Source: Oopsacas minuta
Taxonomy: Eukaryota > Animalia > Porifera
Length of the DNA stretch: 64,000 nt
Assembly (NCBI GenBank): GCA_024704765.1
Contig: JAKMXF010000122.1
Span: 186,001-250,000, forward strand
Direction of reading: 5' to 3'
A program made the translations under genes and the position numbers. The notes beneath the pieces were generated by a model. The model saw only the letters and a program-made list of their open reading frames with translations, ran no database searches and was not told the origin of the DNA. Each line of letters opens with the position of its first letter. Positions within the stretch are counted from its first letter, which is position 1. Below, one piece after another: positions 12,631-22,583 of the stretch.

Positions 12631-14571
12631 TTTGGCCAAAGGCACATAACTCTGTCTCACAAATTTTGCACGATTTTGCTTCTTGGACATAAGTGCTTCC
12701 TTATGTACTATTGAAAAATGCTGAGTCCTAATTGAAAATCTATTGTGTTCATCAAGTCACAATATTAGAATTCCACTCACAAAATTGGGAAATTCCCAAA
12801 TTGAGTAAAACATACCTGAGAAATAGCACGTAGTCATTTTAAACATGTGAAGGATTTTACACAATCGTATAATCATAGAGAATAATAGCCATGAAGAGTT
12901 TTTTATGGGCTAAATTGTTCGTTTTTCACGAAATCTCGATTAATTTACACCTACTGGCCTATTAAATAGATGGCTGAATATGTCCCCGAGAAATCCAAGG
13001 AACCTGAAGGCGAGTTCATAATTTCCTCATGCCAAACCTGCGTTCAGTTGTTACACTAATTTCAAAGAATGACCCAAGAAAACAGTTTTTATGTTTCAGA
13101 TGATCCAAAATTGTCCAAAAAAATGGTTTATGTTTTTACATCGATCATTTCAAAGATAGATTCACCATTTAGTATGAAGCCAGAACGACATGTGGATGGT
13201 TGTGAGTGGATCCATACTTATTCAATGTATCCACTCCTAACCATCCATCCTAACTTCACACCCTTAATTCTAAATCCAGTGACATGTGAGTCTAGAGAAA
13301 CTTCCAAGATAAAATATTTCATCTGATGAACTCCAGACTTATAAATCAAAATATGAAATCAAATATTTTTTATGTCGTCAAATTTATAAGTGATTCTGAA
13401 GAATACATAGAATTTCAATTTGATGTTTCAAATAACAATATGCCTACTAGGTTGTGAATTGAAAGAATGCATTCACATTGTTCTTAACCCTAAAGTGAAA
13501 CTCAGTTATGAAATCTTGCTATATTCCTTCTCCAAGTTATATTGATCCAGCTGAAGGATCCAAGCATACCAGAACTGGATATGCTAACAAATCTACCAGT
13601 ATACTGAAAGAATGCTGAAGGGTCTAAAGTAACAAATGTTATTAAAGAATTACTACAAAATACAATACTACATTCCAAAAGAAGACCACCATTCCACATC
13701 AGCATTAAGATTAGCACTTATTATGCGATATACATCTAACTCAGCATATCAATATTGGTTATATTGAGGGATAACTCATTATTCACCAACGATGCTGTAC
13801 TATTGTTAGACGAAATCTTCAGGTCGATAGGGAGAGAAATTATAATCGTTGGAAAACGGAGAGACCTATTTATCTGGGGAATTGAGCACCCATAGACAAT
13901 AAGTCGCGCACAGATGCTCTATCCCTGTTGATTCAGTACACATGACTTATGAAGCAGAAGTGCGAGTGAATCTCCATTTGAGAAGTCAGAATTCTTTAGA
14001 TCTAAATTGATGCATATTAACCAAATACCTTTGGGAAATCTTTGATTTTAGGACGTCCAAAATTTCGACCATAATCGATTATTGTAGAGTAATTATGAAA
14101 ATTGACGTATCATGAAGCAGACATTTTGGGCCTTTTGGTACCTAACATTATTTCGAAAATTTCTTCCTAAATACAAAAAGTATCTTCTGCTTCTAGCTAT
14201 TTTATTCAAAAAATCCTTCATTTTAAATTCACGCATTTATCAATTAAGAAACTAAATTAATAGCAATATTTATATTTTGAATTAAAAAATCATAGTTCGG
14301 TGCCAATTTTGATGAATTCCATTCAAATTTCATTTTGGCGGAACGCCAGTAATTTCCCTGTTTTTTGGGAATTCCTTCTTTACTGACCACAGATTCAGTG
14401 ACAAATATCAGAATTTTTTTCTATTTAATTCTACCATAGCGAAAATGTAATTTGGTCAAATTTCCACCCAAATTCCAGAAAATATGTTAGCCCGTCTTCA
14501 TAGAAATATCGGCCTCTGACTGATTTCATTTTAAATTTCTTTTGGAAACACATTGGACAGACGAATTTTTT

Positions 14572-15229
14572 GCATCTGTATATTTTGATCGAATTCTTTG
14601 TAGAACTTTGATCAAATTTTCTTATGTCGAACTTTGATCAAATGATGAAAAAGGCAAATTTTGATCAAAGTTCTACTTAAATGTCTTCAGTCGAACTTTG
14701 ATCGAAAAATTGTAGAACTTTGATCGAAAAATGAGAACTTTGATCGAAAAATGAGAACTTGATCGAAAAATGTAGAACTTTGATCGAATAATGAGAACTT
14801 TGATCGAAAAATGTAGAACTTTGATCGAAAAATGACAACTTTGATCGAAAAATGTAGAACTTTGATCGAAAGATGAGAACTTTGATCGAAAAATGTAGAA
14901 CTTGGATCGAAAGATGAGAACTTTGATCGAAAGATGAGAACTTTGATCGAATAATGTAGAACTTTGATCAAAAATGAGAACTTTGATCGAAAAATGTAGA
15001 ACTTTGATCGAAAAATGTAGAACTTTGATCGAAAAATTGTAGAACTTTGATCGAAAAATGAGTACTTATATTTATCACATAAATATCACGAGTTATATAA
15101 TTTGGTTAACTAACATGAGATTTCTTTTTATCAATTCGGGAACCAGTGTTTACGTGCAAAATATCTATTGCAGAAATCAGCCCAATAGAAGTTACGTCAC
15201 CAGAAATTATTGATTGAACGATTAATACG
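14572..15229. repeat. Left TIR (~660 bp) of the MULE, containing an 18-unit array of GAACTTTGATCGAAAAATG(T)A at 14693-15061
   Basis: Units of 20-21 bp counted directly. Reverse complement of 17625-18220. Confidence 0.95.
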
Positions 15230-15783
15230 ATCTAATTTGTACTATTTTGATCTGAAATCATCACTTTGACCTCATTGTTAGATTATTCCGATCGCAAATT
15301 TAGTGTTAGATTCAATGTGTGTGTCCCATCTTTAAAAATCATTCCATAGGCTTAGATGCTCAGCTATATATTTTGCAGTTTTTACTGTGCCGACTATACT
15401 TTAGTATGAGGCTCAGTATTGATCTCAGTGCTTATTTGTTTTGTATTTTTTTTGTCTCTTGTTTCCGTTTTCGTTCTCCAGGCCACACCGTTTACGATTA
15501 AGAGCTGAAAATTATCAAAGGGTTCAGTGTGAGTCTGTGCGACCTATAGATTTGTACCTTGGTATACGATTTTTGATCTGACATGATTTGCCACTTCTGT
15601 GCCAATTTAATTTACCATTGAAATTGTATTAACTTCTAGAAAATTCCAATGGTTCTGATTTCCCAAACTTTATTTTCTTTGAATATTTTACTGTGGTATT
15701 TAGAATTATCTTATCAATAGTTTGCATAGTTATCCTAAAGTACTCTTCGATATTTTATACATCGCTCTTATCCATCTCAATCA

Positions 15784-17391
15784 ATGGAATATAGTGTTAT
15801 TGAAGGTAAAAAAATTGGTTCTGTTAACTATGAATGTCAAAGCTTTCGATATATTCAGTCCTCCTCGTCCTCAACATCCATTTATTTGAGGTGTACCCTG
15901 TGGAGGTGCAAAGAAATTGAATGTCATGGTACAGGGCGAATTCATCTCACAACTAATCTTTTTTACCTAAAAAAAGATCACAATCATCCTGAAGCCTCCT
16001 ACGAATCCAGTGTAATAGTTCTAAATAATAGAATCAAACGTGCTGCAGAATCGTCAACAGGAAATCTAAGGGAAATCTTTGATGATGTGACTTCTACGGA
16101 TCAAGCAGGTGCATTAGTGAGTTATCGCAGTGTTCGAAATACGATGGTTAAAAGAAGAAGACTTGAATTACCAGGGAATCCTCTAACGCCTGAACAATTT
16201 GAAGTAATGATCAAGCAAACACGATTTTCACACTTTTTCCGAACAATGATAATCTCATCAGAAGGCTTTGCAGCTTTATTCTGGTCTGATTTTATGTTTG
16301 AATCTCTGAAAAATACTGATGCTATCAATTTTGATGCAACATTTTTTGTTGTCCCCAAATTATTTTACCAGTTGTTTACTATTTTCCTACAAGAAGGTCA
16401 TCATGCTTTGCCAGCCATACATATTTTAATGTCAAAAAAATCAGAATCTCTCTATGACGATGTTCTGCAAAAGGTAAGAGAATTTATGCCTGATTTCAAA
16501 CCAAAATTAGCTGTAGGTGACTATGAAAGGGCTTCAAGAAATTCATTTCGCACAGCTTTCAATTCGATAGAAGTATCAGGATGCCTGTTTCATTTTTCGA
16601 GAGCTATTTGGAAAAGGTTAACAAAGCTACATCTCACTTCTTCGTATACAAAGAACTCTGAGTTTAATGGATGGGTCAGGTCTGTTATGGTACTTCCCAT
16701 GTTACCTGAAGAAGAAATTCTACCAGTCTATAGATTGTTATCTGGAGTTACTCTACAAAATATGAATGATCATGAGATTATTAATCTTCAAAGGCTTAAG
16801 AGTTACATAAAGAGAGAATGGATTAACAGAAATGATTTATCAATATCCCATTCTATTCAAACAACTAATAACTGTTCTGAAGTATATCATCGGGGTTTAA
16901 AGTCTCTCATCCGTGTAAAAAAGCCTAGCCTATCGGCATTTATGGAATGTCTCGAAAAGACGCTGAAAAAATATGATCTTGAATACCAGAGAATGAAGAA
17001 TGACCTAGAAATTGGCGAGCGAAGTGCAAAGGATATAAATAATGAGAAAATTAGAAACAAATGTAAAGAAAAACTTCAAAGAAAAGAATGCACATCACTA
17101 GAATATATTAAAGAAATTTCAAATACTATTGGTAATCCGAAATTTTGGACTTATTCGGGATCTACGGAATTGGAAGAAAGTATAGATGAAACTTCTGATA
17201 GTTCAAGCGATGAAGAATCAATGGTGAAGAATCCGTGTATCATTTGTTTGAACAGTAGAGATTTAACGTTTGTCTTCATACCTTGTGGACATGCTAATGT
17301 ATGCGGAAATTGTGAACTGAATTTTACGCTCGGTGATAGATGCCCAGTTTGTCGTTCTATTATAATGAACAAGATGCAGATTTTCCAATAG
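15784..17391 (+). CDS. MULE DDE transposase (FLYWCH-like N-terminus) fused to a C-terminal C3HC4 RING finger
   Basis: Uninterrupted 535-aa ORF. N-terminal YLRC...C.G....DHNH motif. DDE triad in FDATF, GDYE and TNNCSE, plus the GCLFH CxxH motif. Acidic linker EESIDETSDSSSDEES, then C-x2-C-x12-C-x-H-x3-C-x2-C-x9-C-x2-C (CIIC...PCGHANVCGNC...CPVCR) starting at 17236. Confidence 0.92.
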   Translation: MEYSVIEGKKIGSVNYECQSFRYIQSSSSSTSIYLRCTLWRCKEIECHGTGRIHLTTNLFYLKKDHNHPEASYESSVIVLNNRIKRAAESSTGNLREIFDDVTSTDQAGALVSYRSVRNTMVKRRRLELPGNPLTPEQFEVMIKQTRFSHFFRTMIISSEGFAALFWSDFMFESLKNTDAINFDATFFVVPKLFYQLFTIFLQEGHHALPAIHILMSKKSESLYDDVLQKVREFMPDFKPKLAVGDYERASRNSFRTAFNSIEVSGCLFHFSRAIWKRLTKLHLTSSYTKNSEFNGWVRSVMVLPMLPEEEILPVYRLLSGVTLQNMNDHEIINLQRLKSYIKREWINRNDLSISHSIQTTNNCSEVYHRGLKSLIRVKKPSLSAFMECLEKTLKKYDLEYQRMKNDLEIGERSAKDINNEKIRNKCKEKLQRKECTSLEYIKEISNTIGNPKFWTYSGSTELEESIDETSDSSSDEESMVKNPCIICLNSRDLTFVFIPCGHANVCGNCELNFTLGDRCPVCRSIIMNKMQIFQ

Positions 17392-17624
17392 CAAAGTCAA
17401 TCCAACGTTTGACATGACAGTTTTAACTGAATATTAGAATTAGGTTAATGTGATAATATATTGTAGTTTAGTGATGGTATATTATCTAAAGTTAGATAAC
17501 GAATATTACTTTATAGTTACATTACCCATATGCTATTAGAATGTAGAAGTAATATATGTGTCATATGTGTGTTCTATCCTAAGTTGTTTAATACTTCTTT
17601 CAGTGAAGACTTATTACGTTAACA

Positions 17625-18220
17625 CGTATTAATAGTTCAATCAATAATTTTTGGTGACGTAAGTTAATTGAGCTGATTTCTGCCACAGATATTTTGCACA
17701 TGAACACACAAGTTCCCGAATTAATAAAAAGAAATCTTATGTTAGTTAACCAAATTATATAACTCGTGATATTTATGTGATAAATAAAAGAACTCATTTT
17801 TCGATCAAAGTTCTACATTTTTGATCAAAGTTGTCATTTTTCGATCAAAGTTCTACATTTTTCGATCAAAGTTCTCATTTTTCGATCAAAGTTCTACATT
17901 TTTCGATCAAAGTTCTACATTTTTCGATCAAGTTCTCATTTTTCGATCAAAGTTCTACATTTTTCGATCAAAGTTCTCATCTTTCGATCAAAGTTCTACA
18001 TTTTTCGATCAAAGTTGTCATTTTTCGATCAAAGTTCTACATTTTTCGATCAAGTTCTCATTTTTCGATCAAAGTTCTACAATTTTTCGATCAAAGTTCG
18101 ACTGAAGACATTTAAGTAGAACTTTGATCAAAATTTGCCTTTTTCATCATTTGATCAAAGTTCGACATAAGAAAATTTGATCAAAGTTCTACAAAGAATT
18201 CGATCAAAATATACAGATGC
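17625..18220. repeat. Right TIR (~595 bp) of the MULE, containing a 15-unit array at 17794-18099
   Basis: Inverted copy of the left TIR; units counted directly. Confidence 0.95.
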
Positions 18221-18239
18221 GAATTTTTTGCTTTCTCCA

Positions 18240-18370
18240 TTAACTGGATACTGCCGGGAAAATATGTCATTTTGGACCTCACAAGGTGCTGAAATCTTGA
18301 TTTGTGTTCGGGAATTGGTTGAAACAATTTATTAAATTTTCTTGTTTCTTTCGTTACGAGTGTAACACTT
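18240..18370. repeat. Dispersed repeat fragment, also at ~31110-31205 and ~34365-34500
   Basis: Shared motifs CCGGGAAAAT(A/G)TGTCAT...GACCTCA...TTCGTTACGA(G/A)TGTAAC. Confidence 0.55.
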
Positions 18371-18421
18371 CTGTTGAAAGGATTATTAATAATATAGAGC
18401 TACTGTATCACTTACATCTAC

Positions 18422-19331
18422 CAAGGGCGGATCAAGAAAAATCTGGTGGGGGTATGCCGCCTACCCAACCGTCAAAATATTTAATTATCGGAGTTTGCTC
18501 TTTTACTAGATCATTATCAGTTTATTCCGTTATTTTAACAAATTGTAATTATACTATAACAGCCTGTATTTTTCAATATGTAGTGTTTTAACCAAACATC
18601 AACAAATATTTTATAGTGATGTATGTATCTTATGCGATTTTTACCTCAGGCTTAACCACCATGACCAATTTAACCAATCTTGACAAGTAGTCTAAGGTAC
18701 TCCAAAATAACTGTGTTCTTAATACAAACATTTTGTTTGTGGTTCATAGATTAATATATAATGGGAATTTCTGAATATAGTAGCTAAATATTATTTGTAA
18801 CTATTGGCTGAATCCTAAATACATAATATACTCTACTAGTACTAATAATATCACTAAATTACGAAATTCATGCGGTGATCTCTTGAAATTGCGAAACTGT
18901 TAACAATTTTAACCACATCTAATGGAATATGCTTATGAATATACATCAGTGTTAGACCAGTTAGTCTGTTTGCAAAAAAGTTGCTCAAGGTTGACTGATA
19001 TTTTGTCAAACAAACTTTCTTACGTTTCATAAGGAAACACTAATTATAAATAGGGTAAACAAATTGTTAGAAATATGGTGAAATATATATTCTTTAATTT
19101 AAATCAGGATTATATTCCTATGGTTCCTTAATAGCTACAGTAGACAATAATTAAATAGTATTGAAGGCACATTTCCTGAATTACAAGTATATAGTCGAGA
19201 AAATAAATTCATTAGGGTTGTGGTATAACAAGGTATGTACTTTATTAACTCTACTGAGTAGACGAAATAAATTATTTAACAAAGTTGGTGGGGGTATACA
19301 TACCCCCATAACCCCCATAGATCCGCCACTG
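18422..19331. mobile_element. Non-autonomous hAT element (910 bp)
   Basis: Perfect 8-bp TSD ACATCTAC (18414-18421 / 19332-19339). TIRs CAAGGGCGGATC / GATCCGCCACTG (10 of 12 match). G/C-rich subterminal tracts and no ORF. Confidence 0.85.
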
Positions 19332-19444
19332 ACATCTACCCCCAATAAGTGAATCGGGACCTTTGACGCCAGTACTACGTTTGTACTGGTATATTCATAG
19401 AATTTATGCACGAATAAGTTTCTTTCAATTTGTACAAAAATACA

Positions 19445-22400
19445 AGTGTGAAGTTAGCTGAAAATTCGACCAGCAGTACTTCAACCATTAATTTGACTAA
19501 CTTACCATGGTTAGAATGTGAATGTTTTGGGCCATTCGAAAGAAGAGATACGGACGTTTCTGAAAATGAAAGTATACTCTATGCACTTAGATTTTTCTGA
19601 TAGACATTGGTGCATCTAACTAGTAGTAGTTCACATATGAATTTTTGCATACTTACACAAATTATTTTTCACTTAGTAAGTTACGATAATCTTCTCGAGT
19701 GGTAGAAATTTCTGTAATTATATCATTAAGAAATCTATTAGATAATATCGCTTCAGTTGTTATCTGTCTCAGGCATTCTTGAAGCTTCAGGTTAGAGAAA
19801 TACCTCTACAATATTCAATTGAGCTCCTTTAACAGTTGAACTGTGTTTGGCAATATCAGTGACAGATGTGTACTGAAGACTTTTTTCATCTTGTAACAAT
19901 TCTACCACTTGCATTCAGCAGATGCTCGAAAGAAGGGCGCATTGACTTTGGACTGGAAGATATTTTATATCAATAATTGTTAAATTTAAGAACACCTGCT
20001 GGATATTTTTAAGATATTTGTTGCTAAACACAGCTGTCCAATCTCTATTCAACCTTCCTCTACCTTGTATTGAATGATATCCCATTCACCATCTCAAGAA
20101 GAAATTCTCCATTTGATTTTGACACTGGTGTCATAAGAGCTCATCAGATTTATCAGCTAACAGGAGTATTTTGTTATTAACTGTATTTGTAAGATTATTG
20201 TTGCATTAGATAGGAACTTCATCTTCAAAATCCTCATCAACAGGAAAATGATGAGTATTTTCAGGGCCAGAGGTTTGGGATAATCCCGGGAAAATTTCAA
20301 TTCGCATATTCTAGAATTAATGCAAATAGTATAAATAGCTTTAAATACCTCAGTACCAATACGTGAAACCTGGTCTCGCAATTTGGCTACCCAAAGAAAA
20401 GTATATTCATCTGATCATTGGTCAGAAGTAAGTACTTACTCTCAAACAAAATAGTTGATTTACAATCAATTTTATGTTAAACTATCCAGTTTGAAGAGAT
20501 AGCAAATCCCCACTTGAGAAAGATTTGAATCTATAACTCATAATCAATGTTATTGTTGTACTTTGTGGAGATTGTAAACATGGAGAAAGCGATTTACAAG
20601 GTATGAAATCTATGGATGGCCCAGGCGAGACTTATAGATCAATTAATCGCGGATAACAGAAGGATATTGCGTGGATTATTTTCCAATTTCAAATAAATAT
20701 ATTTTCGTTAAGGCGGGTTATTGAGTCTATGCACCAGATAGAATCGCTAACTCTAGGGCCAACAGAAAGAGAATTCACAACCTCTTTGTATGAATTGGAA
20801 GTGGATTCGATATATAAAGGTAACAGTTGAAGCTCTTGTGGAACTACAAAAGGAACATAAAAATGCTATATTCTCTGTACTCACCAGAAAACGTGTCAAG
20901 ATAAATCTAACTTTTGTTATAGCAATCGATTATTACACATTAAGTATGCATTCCGATGAGACGAAAATATTTGTAGAGTCGTGAGAGATTTTTCGATGAA
21001 AGTGATAAATATATAGGGGTTTCTTTATGAATGGATGAAATACCAAATAATATATATTATTATGTCTCAATTATTGTCTGTTTGTTAGTCCGTTGACAAG
21101 GAGAGGATTTAGGGGTATGCATTTCGAAATTGTCGCATAACTATGTATTCATTGTGTTTATCAAGGAAGTAAATAGAATCCAATAAACCTTCACTAATTA
21201 TATCGAACATGTTGAATCCTATTTTCACACTTTTGAATTAATTATATGTAAAGTATTGCTCTTTTTTTATGAATATATAACACAAATTTCAGTATTGAGG
21301 TAGAATCATACTTTCAACGACTATACTAGGATAATCGAGTATGCTGAGTCCGATTATGGTATTCAAATTACAATGTGAATATTTGTTTACATTTAAGATA
21401 CAGTAAAATATTTCAAAATTGTTGTAGAATCAAGATTTCAAAGGCTATGCAGCGGTAATCGAGTTGCTGAGTCTGAATATGATATATTAAACAACATCTA
21501 CGTATATTATTGAATCTCAATTATAGTTTGTTTGTCCGTTGATATGGAATTTATTGTCGTTATTAGCTATAAGCTTGCTCTAAACGGCTACAGAGGGGCA
21601 ACACAGTACCCTGAATCCCAATTTCGTATTTTCAAGTTTCTCATATGTAAATTTATCGTTGTTTTTATGAATATAAGAAAACTAATTTGCAAATCTCAAA
21701 ATTACGGATATCTGGCTCTCAACGGCTACAAAGGTGGTTGATCTTCCAAAATAATTCATTAATCTATATGCCATATACGTATATTTGTGAATTACTTTGT
21801 TCTAAATATCTATATTATCATACTCAAAGGGGTCGTCAATTAGGAGGATAATGGATACCTCGCGGCGTAATTTACGGAGTTCATTACGAAGCGATGAGCC
21901 AAAGGTAAGTATTTATAGAAATACCAAAGGACTATTTTAAGATGTTTACTCTTCAGCAAGATTGTTTACTATTTCAAATTGGGAAATTATCATGTGAATA
22001 TTTATCTTTTATAATTATTTCATGGTACATCTAACCTTAGTTGACTAATTAATTGAAATTTAGCAAATAATTCTGTACTATCCATTTCTACTCGACATTT
22101 CATCCATTGATCATATTCATCTATTTTGAATTATATTGAAACTAAATGCTATGACGTAATTGAAATTACTTTGTATATTCTATAGTTCATTGGGTAATTC
22201 CTAATGAGTAAACTGAGCTCAAACAGTTGATATTGCAGAAATCTGTATTCGTTACTAGTTAGAATAGATTATAATGTTTCATTAATTTTGTGGGCATAGT
22301 ATAAATCTAATAAGGACTCGACTCAAACAATCCAGTTTAGAAAGTTAAATATATCAAAATGTTTTGACTATTTACAGCAGAAATTCATATGTGAACTACT

Positions 22401-22583
22401 GCCAGTTAGATTCACGAATTTCTATTAGAAAAGATAAGTCTACGTATAAAAAATACGTTCAATTTGAGAAACGTCCGTATTTCTTCTTTCGAATGGTCCA
22501 AAAGATTTACATTCTGACCTTGGTAACTTAGTCAAATTAATGGTTGAAGTACTGCTGGTCGAATATTCAGCTAACTTCACACT
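19445..22583. mobile_element. Old element with ~117-bp TIRs and decayed internal coding remnants
   Basis: 19445-19562 (AGTGTGAAGTTAGCTGAA...TACGGACGTTTCT) is the imperfect reverse complement of 22467-22583. No TSD found. Internal repeated GCTGAGTC(C/T)GA.TATG and CTCT.AACGGCTACA motifs. Confidence 0.6.

Larger units (their letters stand above)
14572..18220 (+). mobile_element. Mutator-like element (MULE; Phantom/foldback-like) with long tandem-repeat TIRs
   Basis: Perfect 9-bp TSD GAATTTTTT (14563-14571 / 18221-18229). TIRs at 14572-15229 and 17625-18220, with the outer 121 bp identical. Central intact MULE transposase ORF. Confidence 0.95.

Noticed and set aside
13069-13960. Short ORFs on both strands; an ADVEWW motif suggested DIRS RT/RNase H
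   Set aside because: No further DIRS motifs follow in any frame, so nothing could be assigned.
14687-14971. Repetitive ORFs (FDQSSTF / SIKVLHF / IFRSKF), also 17821-18115
   Set aside because: These are translations of the stop-free 20-21-bp TIR arrays, with no evidence they are proteins.
14693-15061. CRISPR-like look of the MULE arrays
   Set aside because: Units are contiguous with no unique spacers, there are no cas genes, and the arrays form mirrored TIRs.
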